A DNA stretch of 51,157 nt from a virus, in IMG/VR virus record IMGVR_UViG_3300011969_000001, one strand, 5' to 3'. This document shows positions 1 through 9,078 of this stretch, piece after piece. The notes under the pieces are model-generated. The model searched no databases, had not been told where the DNA came from, and worked only from the letters and a program-made list of their open reading frames with translations. Within the stretch, counting starts at the first letter, position 1. Every line of letters starts with the position of its first letter. Made by a program: the position numbers and the translations under genes.

Positions 1-156
1 TTTCAAAAATTAGATGACATTTAAGTTATTTTGTAGTATTTATAACAGAAATCACGTAAACCACTTAGTTCACGTAGTTACGTTATACCCTACAGTATAC
101 CCATTATTATTTATTTGTACAGAGTTATTTATTTCAAGTAAAGGTGGGATTAGTAA

Positions 157-1158
157 GTGGCAATAATTACTTCTGAATTTGAATTTGACGTAGCAGATTA
201 CTTAGAGCTACGTGGAATAAACTATAAAAAATCGGGAAATAACTTTATGATGTCCTGCCCCTTCCACGAGGATAAGCACCCAAGCTTTGGGATCAATATC
301 TACAATGGAAAGTACCACTGTCTCTCAGGATCTTGTAATGTACATGGGAATCTGCCAATGTTCGTTAAAAAGATTGAAGGGCTTGCTTCATATGATGCTG
401 CTGAATCTTGGTTACGTGGAAATTATGGCATCAACCCAGACGAAATTGATAAACCATTTGACTTGATATTCAGAGGGGGTACAGATGAAGAAGAAGAGAT
501 CAATTATGTCCCTGAAGAAACACTAGCACTTTGGGATTTCAGGCACCCCTACCTCGAGGGTCGGGGAATTTCAGATATTTGGCAAAGAAGGTTTCGAGTC
601 GGGTACGATCCGAACGGACAGTGTATCACACTGCTATGGTATGATCGGCTCGGCAGATGTGTTGGGGCCAAGAAAAGATCGGTCACAGGAAAATTCTTTT
701 GGACCTACCATTTGAGCACGATTGGACCAAACAAGATAACTCTTTTCGGCATTAATCATGTCTACAGAAAAATGTCCAAATCAATTGTTATAGTGGAGAG
801 TGAGATTGATGCCCTCTATTTATGGCAGAACGGATATTCGGCTGTAGCATTGGGAACTTCTCACATAACTAAGGCTCAATTACTGGAATTACAGAACTGC
901 CCTATAGAGGAAATAATTATTGGAACTGACAATGATGAGGCTGGAAGAACTATTTGTGAGGAGATGATAAGGAAATTATTTTGGGTCCCGAGTCTGAAGA
1001 TCCTTGACTGGTCTAGGTTCCAGGGTTTCAAGGATGTAAATGAACTTGATTCTAATCAAATAAATGAAATAGTTAGCACGGCTTTAAGTTCCACAGAATA
1101 TGTACTGAAATCAAAGGAAACGACACAAATTCCACACACTTTAACAATGGTGTTCTAG
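157..1158 (+). CDS. dnaG: DNA primase (CHC2 zinc finger + Toprim)
   Basis: CPFHEDKHPSF...YHC...C zinc finger; Toprim motifs IVESEIDAL and GTDNDEAG, plus FKDVNE. Confidence 0.92.
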   Translation: MAIITSEFEFDVADYLELRGINYKKSGNNFMMSCPFHEDKHPSFGINIYNGKYHCLSGSCNVHGNLPMFVKKIEGLASYDAAESWLRGNYGINPDEIDKPFDLIFRGGTDEEEEINYVPEETLALWDFRHPYLEGRGISDIWQRRFRVGYDPNGQCITLLWYDRLGRCVGAKKRSVTGKFFWTYHLSTIGPNKITLFGINHVYRKMSKSIVIVESEIDALYLWQNGYSAVALGTSHITKAQLLELQNCPIEEIIIGTDNDEAGRTICEEMIRKLFWVPSLKILDWSRFQGFKDVNELDSNQINEIVSTALSSTEYVLKSKETTQIPHTLTMVF

Positions 1159-1167
1159 AACGTCATA

Positions 1168-1176
1168 TGCTATAAT
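1168..1176 (+). promoter_or_regulatory. Host sigmaA-type extended -10 promoter upstream of the phage sigma gene
   Basis: TGcTATAAT at 1168-1176, about 70 nt before the CDS; no clear -35. Confidence 0.55.
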
Positions 1177-1246
1177 ATACTTATAAAAGAAGATCAAGTG
1201 TTCGGTGTAAAAAAATAAGCAGAAGCAAAAGAAAGTAGTGTGTAAA

Positions 1247-1987
1247 ATGATAAATGTTGACCAAAGTACCTCCCTTGACGGGTTAGACCCTCTCGTGAAA
1301 TTGTTCCAAGAAAGTGGTGAAGGAAGGTACTTTGACCTTATGCTAACCCAGTGTAAAGGGTATATACAGGGACGTGCCATTAAAGCATCTTTACAATTTG
1401 GTCTTGAAGCTGAAGATTGTGAGTCAACCTTGTTGGAATCACTGTGGAAATCTGCTGAAATGTTTAACCCAGAAATGGGAGTCTCTTTTGCTCAGTTTGC
1501 AAACGTAGGGTTTAAAAAGAATTTGACCTGGCTCTTTGGTAGAGAAAATCGAGACAACCACTTCTTTGGCCCCTGCACAAAAAGTGATTTATTTGAAGAG
1601 GCAGCTATAGCAAATAAGTCATTTCACATGTTTTATATGGATGGGGGCTTAAACCTAGAAGAAAAAGGAATTAAAGTGCCAATGACGTGGGACTTGTCTG
1701 ACCCACGAATGGATGTAGAAAATTTGATCTGTGAACAAGATGCTGCACGACAGTTAATGGAAGAAATTAAAAAGGTTGATGAAGTTGCTGGAGATGTGGC
1801 TGCACTGGTAGCTGTCGGTCGTGATCCAAGAGAGACTGCTGTAATAATGGGTTACGTACCTGAGGGGACTAGCCAAAGAACTGCACAACTCAACTGGGTC
1901 AGACGTAAGTTGAGAAAATGTATTCCACCGACTGAAAGGCATTACTTCCAAATGGGCATTCCTATTCCTATAAAAATGAGAGCATAG
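1247..1987 (+). CDS. Phage-encoded sigma-70-family factor
   Basis: Region-2-like segment EAEDCESTLLESLWKSAEMFNPEMGVSFAQFANVGFK and a C-terminal HTH-like segment; ATG 1247 (GTG 1238 possible). Confidence 0.75.
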   Translation: MINVDQSTSLDGLDPLVKLFQESGEGRYFDLMLTQCKGYIQGRAIKASLQFGLEAEDCESTLLESLWKSAEMFNPEMGVSFAQFANVGFKKNLTWLFGRENRDNHFFGPCTKSDLFEEAAIANKSFHMFYMDGGLNLEEKGIKVPMTWDLSDPRMDVENLICEQDAARQLMEEIKKVDEVAGDVAALVAVGRDPRETAVIMGYVPEGTSQRTAQLNWVRRKLRKCIPPTERHYFQMGIPIPIKMRA

Positions 1988-2009
1988 TACTTAGATTAAA
2001 GCAGTAAAC

Positions 2010-2035
2010 AAGCTTCCTTTCATGGAGGCTTTTTT
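2010..2035 (+). terminator. Intrinsic terminator after sigma gene
   Basis: AAGCTTCC-TTTCAT-GGAGGCTT followed by a T run. Confidence 0.75.
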
Positions 2036-2070
2036 ATTTGCCCTTTTTTAAAAAGAATTTACAGCAGAGA

Positions 2071-2107
2071 GTGACAATCTGACTAATCCTGCTAATGGTT
2101 CGGTGTA
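2071..2107 (+). promoter_or_regulatory. Phage-specific bipartite promoter-like motif, copy 1
   Basis: GTGACAAT (2071-2078)-N15-AATGGTTCGGTGTA (2094-2107); intergenic, before SSB. Confidence 0.8.
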
Positions 2108-2184
2108 AGGAGGAGTTGGGAGCACAGAGAAAACTGAATATAGAACGAGGAAAAAATAAAAAACGAAATGAGAGTGTATTAAAA

Positions 2185-2829
2185 ATGACAGAACAAATTA
2201 ACTATTTTATTGCCGAGGGCAACGAAGCAAAGCTACAAGCCGAAGAAACATCTAATTTTGGTAAAAAGAACAGCTACGTTAAATTGAAAGCTGGCGAGTC
2301 CATCCGAGTTATCCTGTTAGACAAAGATTTCGTCAACTATGCCGGACACGGTGATTACAATCAAAAGATTCCTTCCCACGTCTGCACGGCTCCTCGTCCT
2401 GGAATGGCATGCAAGTCCTGTGATGCCGACATTAAACGGTCTATCAAATATTTGGTACCACTCTATGACGTGGATAAAAAGGAAATTGTTCTCTTCGACA
2501 CAAGCAAGAAGCATGTAGCTGCGGTCTACAGCATCATTGACACATACGGTGAGGACGTAAATGATGAAGTGTTTTTGCTGAAACGCTCAGGCAGTTCTGC
2601 CCAAGATACTGCTTATAGCTTCATTCCCCTCCCTCCGAAACAAAAGGCTGGACTCGCTTTACCAGCTGACATGAAGGTATTTGTGTTAGGCAGTCAAGAA
2701 CGATCCGACTTCTATGCCGGAATCTTACGTGCTCCATCGGAAGAATACTTGGCTAAGATTATTGCTTCAATCCCAATTGAGGTTCCAACAACTGCTGCTG
2801 AAGGTCAAGGCAAAGAATACGATTTCTAA
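2185..2829 (+). CDS. Single-stranded DNA-binding protein (gp32-like)
   Basis: YVKLKAGESIRVILL, H..C..C..C zinc ligands, C-terminal YDF; start moved to ATG 2185. Confidence 0.7.
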   Translation: MTEQINYFIAEGNEAKLQAEETSNFGKKNSYVKLKAGESIRVILLDKDFVNYAGHGDYNQKIPSHVCTAPRPGMACKSCDADIKRSIKYLVPLYDVDKKEIVLFDTSKKHVAAVYSIIDTYGEDVNDEVFLLKRSGSSAQDTAYSFIPLPPKQKAGLALPADMKVFVLGSQERSDFYAGILRAPSEEYLAKIIASIPIEVPTTAAEGQGKEYDF

Positions 2830-2848
2830 TATTGAGGATGAAAGGATC

Positions 2849-3136
2849 TTGGAACTCATTACTCGTAGAACTAAACAGCTAATAGTTCATAGCTATCTGT
2901 ACTACCGACTAAATGAGTCCAAGATTCCCGATTCCACTTTCGATCATTGGTGTGATGAGCTTGTTAAACTGCAAGCCAAGTACCCAGAAATTGCAAAAAA
3001 GAACCCCTACTGGGACATTGGGCAAAAGTTCGATGAATCCGGCAGTGGGTTCTTCATTACTCAATACCCAACAGCACTGATGATGGATGCAGAGATTTTC
3101 CTTCACGGATTCGGAGGAACAAAGGAGCTTAAATGA
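2849..3136 (+). CDS. Stand-alone homologue of NAD-dependent DNA ligase domain Ia
   Basis: HSYLYYRLNESKIPDSTFDHWCDELVKLQAKYPE resembles the LigA N-terminal helices; start probably TTG 2849 (GAGGA upstream). Confidence 0.65.
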   Translation: MELITRRTKQLIVHSYLYYRLNESKIPDSTFDHWCDELVKLQAKYPEIAKKNPYWDIGQKFDESGSGFFITQYPTALMMDAEIFLHGFGGTKELK

Positions 3137-3393
3137 TGAGTACAATCGTGTTAAAAAGTGGTCTTATGAAGATCACAAAAATAGTTAAAAAGAGTCAAGC
3201 AGGAATGTTCAAGAACCTAAAGGTCGGGGACATTATCGAATGCTCAGTAGACGTTGCTTATGCAGGACGAAACGGTGGTTCACATGCTACGTATATGGAT
3301 GTTAGAAATGTTCAAACAGGAGAAAAGACATCAAAATCCTTCAATCAATTACCATCTATCTTAAGTCAGTTTGAATTTGAGCCTACATTTTAA
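3133..3393 (+). CDS. Hypothetical protein
   Basis: ORF with RBS AAGGAG, overlaps previous stop. Confidence 0.7.
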   Translation: MMSTIVLKSGLMKITKIVKKSQAGMFKNLKVGDIIECSVDVAYAGRNGGSHATYMDVRNVQTGEKTSKSFNQLPSILSQFEFEPTF

Positions 3394-3411
3394 AACGAAA
3401 GGATGATAAAA

Positions 3412-3666
3412 ATGTTCAACGGACAAATCGAGAAAAAAGCAAAGAAAATTACCAAAACGAGAGGTGCAGTTACTGACACTCTGAAAATCTTCTCCACCAC
3501 GATTGACGAACTGAAGGCTCACAAAGCAGATTTGGAAGCACATGCAGTCGAGCATGAGGAATTAGCTGCTACTCTCAAGCAAGAAGCAGCAGACCTTAGG
3601 GACGAAGCTGATTCGATCAACACGGTACTGGGCAATATCACTGCTCTTTTTACGAGAAAAGCATGA
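3412..3666 (+). CDS. Hypothetical coiled-coil protein
   Basis: RBS GAAAGGA; heptad-like helical sequence. Confidence 0.7.
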   Translation: MFNGQIEKKAKKITKTRGAVTDTLKIFSTTIDELKAHKADLEAHAVEHEELAATLKQEAADLRDEADSINTVLGNITALFTRKA

Positions 3667-3797
3667 GTGCCCCCACTGCCCCTCAATGGATAAGCAGTGA
3701 AGAGTTGCACAACATGGGTGGGAGATGGGTACGGATCACAGGCACAAGGACTCACCTGAACGGCAAGATGGATTATTTAATCGAGTTTATGAATTAA
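3663..3797 (+). CDS. Small hypothetical protein (44 aa, not in ORF track)
   Basis: ATGA overlap with previous gene; MSAPTAPQWISSEELHNMGG...; fills the gap. Confidence 0.5.
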   Translation: MSAPTAPQWISSEELHNMGGRWVRITGTRTHLNGKMDYLIEFMN

Positions 3798-3816
3798 TAA
3801 AAAGGAGGAAGTTTAA

Positions 3817-4314
3817 ATGGCATTAACGACAGAAACAGTACAAACAACCACAACCACAAGTAAGAGCAAGGTAACCCTAGGTATAGGTGATATTGTCTTT
3901 AGCCCCTGCTTATTCTCAAATGGGGACGGTAAATTAATCTTTCAAGAGTTAAATAAGCCTTTTGGAATAGGGGAACGTATTTCCCCAAGACAAGCAGACG
4001 AGCTTGCCACTGGAAATGAGCTTGAACTTACATTCCTAAGCATTAAGTCAATTGACGTTCTTATGTCAGTTTTAGAGATGGTCAAATTTCAGATGCAGGA
4101 TGACCAAGAGGCTAAAGCTCCAAAAGTAAAGATGGCAAGAGTGCTCCGTACAGGAGAGATTGTACAGTATAAGTTGCAAGGAGAATTGACTGTTGAAGAA
4201 CGTAAAGCATCTTGTTGTAGTACCTACGTTGGAAACGAAATAATGATTGAGCCTCGAGAAGGAAGCCCTTGCTGGAGATATATGTATGATAGTGAAGTAG
4301 AACTTTTAAGCTAA
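3817..4314 (+). CDS. Hypothetical protein
   Basis: Strong RBS AAGGAGG; 165 aa. Confidence 0.75.
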   Translation: MALTTETVQTTTTTSKSKVTLGIGDIVFSPCLFSNGDGKLIFQELNKPFGIGERISPRQADELATGNELELTFLSIKSIDVLMSVLEMVKFQMQDDQEAKAPKVKMARVLRTGEIVQYKLQGELTVEERKASCCSTYVGNEIMIEPREGSPCWRYMYDSEVELLS

Positions 4315-4338
4315 CAGTGAAAAGGAGGGTGGCACCAT

Positions 4339-6689
4339 ATGGCACCAGGAAAAGGTATCATAGACGATGTGCTTTTAGCTTTTGAGAAGCAAGAGGCAAA
4401 GACGAAGAAACGAGCATCAAAGGTCCCTAAGCCAGTAACCTTAGCTTCGGAAATCGAACGGTTGTCTCTCCTTAAGTGGAAAGATGACCGTTCAATTTTT
4501 GAGTCTGTGGCTAATGCATTGGCTAGTAAAGAATTGGAATTTCCAAATAGAAAAATGAAGAAAGACGATATCTACGAGTTTTGGCAAGTGCTTGAGTATA
4601 GACGAAGAGAAAAGCTGAAGCAAGAGATCAGAGAGTCTAAGCCGGATAACTATCACATCATCCAAGATCAAAAAGCCTGGGCACAAATGCAACGATTACT
4701 CTTCCAAGAGGAAGAAGTAGCTTGGGATACGGAAACCACAGGTTTGGACTATTACGAAGACAAAATAGTTGGCATCAGTGCTTATCTGCCAGAATCTGAC
4801 GTAGCTTTCTATATTCCGTTTAGGCATACGACAGGGGAAGTGCAGCTCTCCGAACAACAAGCCCTGGCTCCGATCAAACAGTGGTTGGAAACACCAGGAA
4901 ATAGGAGCATTTGGCACAATTACAAGTATGATGCACATCTTCTAAGTAATGACGATATCATTCCTGCAACCCCTTATTGGTGCTCTCAGATTGTGGCTCG
5001 TCTGACTCAATGAACACGAGTCGGCAGCCCTCAAGACCCAGTATGACAAGTACATTGCCAAGACTGGGAAGGTAGTAATGTTTGCAGACATCATAGACCC
5101 AGGTCATATGGCAGAGACGGACATTCTCTTATCGGGAGTATATGCCTGTGGAGATCCCCACAAGACTTATTTATTACAGCAATTCCAGAAGCCTTTCATT
5201 GACAGTGTCGGGGGCTTAAGTAACATCTGGTACGATATCGAGTCTAAATTGATGGAGATTGATGTACGGATGGAGAGAGTCGGATTACGTCTAAACATCG
5301 AAGAGTTACATCGGATTGAAGCTGAACAGTTGCCTAGGATTGCCCAGGCTGAGAAGGATATGCTCACATCATTTAAGATCGATGCAGACTTCCTAACCAA
5401 GATGTCTGAGGTGACTGGCAAACCAGCTGAAGAGTTCAATTTTAGCTCAAACGATCACTTGGCATACCTCATTTATGATGTGCTAGAGGTTGGACCAGAG
5501 ATTGCTAAACGGTTAGGTAAGACTGCTCGATCCACAGCAGCTGACGTTTTAACTGCAATTCTGGAGAACATTCCAGAGCTAGAACCTATGAAATTGTACA
5601 GGGAGCTTTCAAAGCTGGTCTCTACGTATGCCCACAAGCTACCAGAAGCTATCGAGGTAGATGGTAGGCTCCATAGTCAATTTGACAGTCTCAGAACGAA
5701 GACTGGTCGATATGCAAGTTCTGAATACGGAAATAAGGGTAAAAAGAAGGGTACAAACTTTCAAAACATCCCTGCACGTACAGAATTAGGCAAGTCCATT
5801 CGGAAATGTGTTATTCCTGACGAAGGTTGTCTATTAATTTCCTCAGATTTGAGCCAAATTGAGCCAAGAGTGATCAGTCACTACCTATACACATGGTTCA
5901 ACGACAGTAGCATGAGGGACCTGTATCTTGCAGATCTTGACCTTTATACAACGATGGCAATGAAGGTTTTCAGTTTAGAACACGATCAGTGCATGGACAA
6001 AGCTAAGATTTATAATGCCGATGGGTCGTACTGGGAGCCAAGGAAGCTGATGAAGACAGGTGTGCTGGCAGGGCTATATGGGCAAACAGCACGAGGGTTC
6101 TCATACAAGATGGGAGTATCCGAAGATGTAGCTAATATGTTCTTTGCTGGTCTCTACAGTCAATTCCCAGGCATTAAGCCGTTTCGGGAGAAAGTATTGG
6201 CTGGGCTGAGACGGAATGGATATTCGGAAACTCTTGATGGTAGAAAAAGACGATTCCCAGAATACCGAAAGCAGTATGCTGAAATGCTTCAACTGCAAAA
6301 GAAGTTCTGGAACACAATGTCAGACGGTGAGAAAGGCTCGTTTGAAAGACTTACGAAAATGGTGTGGGGCTGCTGAACGAGAAGCAATTAATGCCACCGT
6401 GCAAGGAACGGCTGCTGATGCTCTTAAGAAGAATATCATCAAGATGGCTACCTTGTGCAAAGAAAAAGGTTGGCTTTATTTACTCTCAATCCACGATGAA
6501 TTGATGCTCCAACTGCCGAAGAAAGACGTAACGATGGAGAATATGATACTGATCGATGACGTGATGACTAAGACTGTTGTATTTAGCTTGCCTCTCAAAG
6601 CAGATTTGGTCATTGAACCTAGATGGATGGAAGAGTATGGGTTGGACGAATGGGACTTTGAAAATTGTAAACCGAAGGAGTTTGCTTAA
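4339..6689 (+). CDS. polA: Family A DNA polymerase (3'-5' exo + pol), interrupted by two +1 frameshifts near 5005 and 6366-6369
   Basis: WDTETTGLD (ExoI), HNYKYD (ExoII), SSDLSQIEPRV (motif A), KTGVLAGLYG (motif B), AEREAINATVQGTAAD, IHDEL (motif C) spread over three consecutive frames. Confidence 0.9.
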
Positions 6690-7010
6690 ATGAATTGTGA
6701 TTGTTGTGGGAGCAAATTAGATTATAGGAGTGAAAGAAAAATGACATCTGAAGAATATAAGGAATGTGTTGAACCAATTGAAAAAGAAAAATGTAATTTT
6801 GGAGTAGCTATTGCACTGCTAAAGATGGGATATAAAGTTGCCCGACAGGGATGGAATGGCAAAGGAATGTGGTTAAAGTTGCAAGTTCCCGATGCTCATT
6901 CAAAAATGAGTTTGCCGTATATCTATATGTTTACTGCTGATGGGCATCAAGTACCTTGGTTAGCAAGTCAGACGGATATACTTGCTGAAGATTACGTGGG
7001 GGTGGAGTAA
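6690..7010 (+). CDS. DUF2829 / Tad2-like (Thoeris anti-defence 2-like) protein
   Basis: NFGVAIALLKMGYKVARQGWNGKGMWL...PYIYMFTADG..VPWLASQTDILAEDY is the DUF2829 signature. Confidence 0.8.
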   Translation: MNCDCCGSKLDYRSERKMTSEEYKECVEPIEKEKCNFGVAIALLKMGYKVARQGWNGKGMWLKLQVPDAHSKMSLPYIYMFTADGHQVPWLASQTDILAEDYVGVE

Positions 7011-7295
7011 ATGAGCCTGACCACACTTGACCGACTTAAATACGATTTTTGGGTAACTGCTGATCGGCAGTTTCTTTTTTTTACTGAAATGAGTGACTCC
7101 CATCTGAGAAACACGATTGCAATGCTAATTCGTAAAGCCCCTGAGTTGCAAGAGGAGGCTGATAAAACGTATAGGCTTACTCAAACCACTAAATACACAT
7201 TCAGTTATAGGCCTCTTCACCCTCAAAAATGGTTGAGTCAGCAAAGAGCTTTCATTGGACTAATTGCAGAGAGAAAACGGAGGAAAGCATTATGA
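7011..7295 (+). CDS. Hypothetical phage protein
   Basis: WVTAD...EMSDSHLRNTIAML motif common in phage small proteins; operon-packed. Confidence 0.7.
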   Translation: MSLTTLDRLKYDFWVTADRQFLFFTEMSDSHLRNTIAMLIRKAPELQEEADKTYRLTQTTKYTFSYRPLHPQKWLSQQRAFIGLIAERKRRKAL

Positions 7296-7459
7296 AATTA
7301 AAGTTCACAGTTGAAATAGAAGTTGACGATGCAGTTGCTGAGTTGCCCCAATTTTTGAGGGACAAAGCAAACAATTTCAGTGAAATTAAAGGTGACATTA
7401 TTGATCTGCTAGTTGGTAGTTTCGATGAAATTCCCATAATCACTGAATTTGAATTTTAA
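7292..7459 (+). CDS. Small hypothetical protein
   Basis: ATGA overlap, RBS GGAGG. Confidence 0.6.
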   Translation: MKLKFTVEIEVDDAVAELPQFLRDKANNFSEIKGDIIDLLVGSFDEIPIITEFEF

Positions 7460-7482
7460 TAGAAGAAAAGGGGAATCCCACT

Positions 7483-7776
7483 TTGAAAATTATGAGTCGT
7501 GAAGAGATCGGTGAAATGAACGAGGAAGCTATGTTTTTGGGCATTGAATTTGACGGTGCCATTGCCGGATATGTAGAACAGTTTGGGACCCCTGTTTTGG
7601 CCTTATATGATCGTGACAAAGTGATCTCGATTCTAGTACAGCAGGGCATGAAGGACCAAGAAGAGGCTGCTGAATGGTTTGAATTTAATATACTCGGAGC
7701 ATTTGTTGGTAATAGCACCCCAGCATTTGCTTCGTTTTTTGAAGAGGAAAAGGAGACTGAAGATGCATCTATTTAA
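7483..7776 (+). CDS. Conserved hypothetical phage protein
   Basis: FDGAIAG...LYDRDKVI...EEAAEWFEFNILGAFVGNSTP pattern. Confidence 0.7.
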   Translation: MKIMSREEIGEMNEEAMFLGIEFDGAIAGYVEQFGTPVLALYDRDKVISILVQQGMKDQEEAAEWFEFNILGAFVGNSTPAFASFFEEEKETEDASI

Positions 7777-8599
7777 TGAGCAGGAACCAAGAGTACCAAA
7801 ATCTCCAAAGTCTCCACGTAAACCTAGAGTTCCAGTAGCCCCAGAAGCTCCTGTAGTAGATAGACCTAGAGATTTATCAGATGAATTTGCAGACCAGATG
7901 GAAGACTTGTATAGCATTCCTCAGACAAGATATCCGAGACGTGAGATAAAGTTCAGTCCATCCGGCTTAACGAAATGTGACCGAGAGCTATACTACATCA
8001 ACACTAATGCAAAGGCTGATGAAGCAGAATCTCAGATTGGTTGGAGGGCTAGGATTCCTCGTAACGGAACTGGCACTCACGAAGTCATGCAAGCTGATCT
8101 CAAAACGATGCACACGAAGCTACCAGAGAATAAGCTGCCTTGCCGATTTAAACTACTAGAAACTGAGATGGTGCTTCGGAAAACCTTTGATGTGGGAGGC
8201 ACGATGGTCACCCTTTCTGGTCGGTTGGATGGTCTCATGTTAGACATGGAAACAGGCTTAAAGTTCATTTGGGAGTACAAAACGAAAGATAAGCTAAGTA
8301 ATCTGACCAAGATCAAAGATCCTCTTCCTTACGTGCTGCAGTGCATTTCATATTCAGCCGTGCTAGAAATTTACGACTGCATAATTCACATTGAGTCATT
8401 GCAAAAACCACAGTGGGGCCGTATAGAAGCTAAGGATAGCAAGTACTTCCATGTTGTTGTAACCCCAGAAATGGTAGATCGATTACTTCAACGGTTGGCA
8501 AGAATTGTACGTGCCATTGAAGCTAAAAAGCCTCCTGCAAAAGATCCAGAAAAGTGCCTGTTCTGCTCCTACAAAACAACTTGTGGGAAGGGGAGATAG
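7763..8599 (+). CDS. Cas4-like PD-(D/E)xK exonuclease with Fe-S ligands
   Basis: FSPSGLTKCDRELYY, SGRLDG...WEYKT, Q...Y, C-terminal CxxCx5C; ATG 7763 with RBS AAGGAG. Confidence 0.8.
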   Translation: MHLFNEQEPRVPKSPKSPRKPRVPVAPEAPVVDRPRDLSDEFADQMEDLYSIPQTRYPRREIKFSPSGLTKCDRELYYINTNAKADEAESQIGWRARIPRNGTGTHEVMQADLKTMHTKLPENKLPCRFKLLETEMVLRKTFDVGGTMVTLSGRLDGLMLDMETGLKFIWEYKTKDKLSNLTKIKDPLPYVLQCISYSAVLEIYDCIIHIESLQKPQWGRIEAKDSKYFHVVVTPEMVDRLLQRLARIVRAIEAKKPPAKDPEKCLFCSYKTTCGKGR

Positions 8600-8600
8600 T

Positions 8601-9011
8601 ATGCCAGCACCTATCATTTACCCTTTTCACACCGAGGCCAGTGTTACTCATAGAGTGCTGGTCTCGATTCCTTTTGATTACAATTACAGCAAGAACAAAA
8701 TTGAAGGTCGTACCAGAAGTGGAAAGACCTACCCCTTGCCGGAACACAAACAGTTGAGAGAGTATCTTAAGTCAGTGCTAACCCAGGCCTGTGCAGGGAT
8801 CGAATGGAAAAAGAAGCAGAAGTATTATCTAAGCTACTATTGCCAAAAGCCTTCTAATCGTGGTGATGCCATTAATTTCTTAGAGGCATTTGCAGATGTG
8901 CTTAAAGTGGTGATCGGTGTGGACGATAATTACTTGGTGGTCGAGAATATAGATTTTGAAGTCATAAAGAACGGCATCGACAACAAGATATTTATTTCTA
9001 TTTCACAGTGA
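8601..9011 (+). CDS. RusA-like Holliday junction resolvase
   Basis: KPSNRGDAINFLEAFADVL...GVDD resembles the RusA DxDN..K...D.L...DD motif. Confidence 0.6.
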   Translation: MPAPIIYPFHTEASVTHRVLVSIPFDYNYSKNKIEGRTRSGKTYPLPEHKQLREYLKSVLTQACAGIEWKKKQKYYLSYYCQKPSNRGDAINFLEAFADVLKVVIGVDDNYLVVENIDFEVIKNGIDNKIFISISQ

Positions 9012-9044
9012 CAATTTGAATAAAACAGGCAATGGTTCGGTGTA
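9008..9044 (+). promoter_or_regulatory. Phage-specific bipartite promoter-like motif, copy 2
   Basis: GTGACAAT (9008-9015)-N15-AATGGTTCGGTGTA (9031-9044), before RNR. Confidence 0.8.
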
Positions 9045-9078
9045 GAGACAAGTCGAGTAGAAAGTAGGAGGTAAATAA

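Noticed and set aside
50-95. TCACGTA repeated twice upstream of primase
   Set aside because: Too short and at the window edge to support an origin or operator call
4999-6377. Stop-codon reassignment or selenocysteine read-through of the polA TGAs
   Set aside because: The protein continues in the +1 frame, so read-through would not restore it; many other genes end normally in TGA
4999-6377. Intron or intein at the polA breaks
   Set aside because: Only one extra base at each site; no intervening sequence or homing endonuclease
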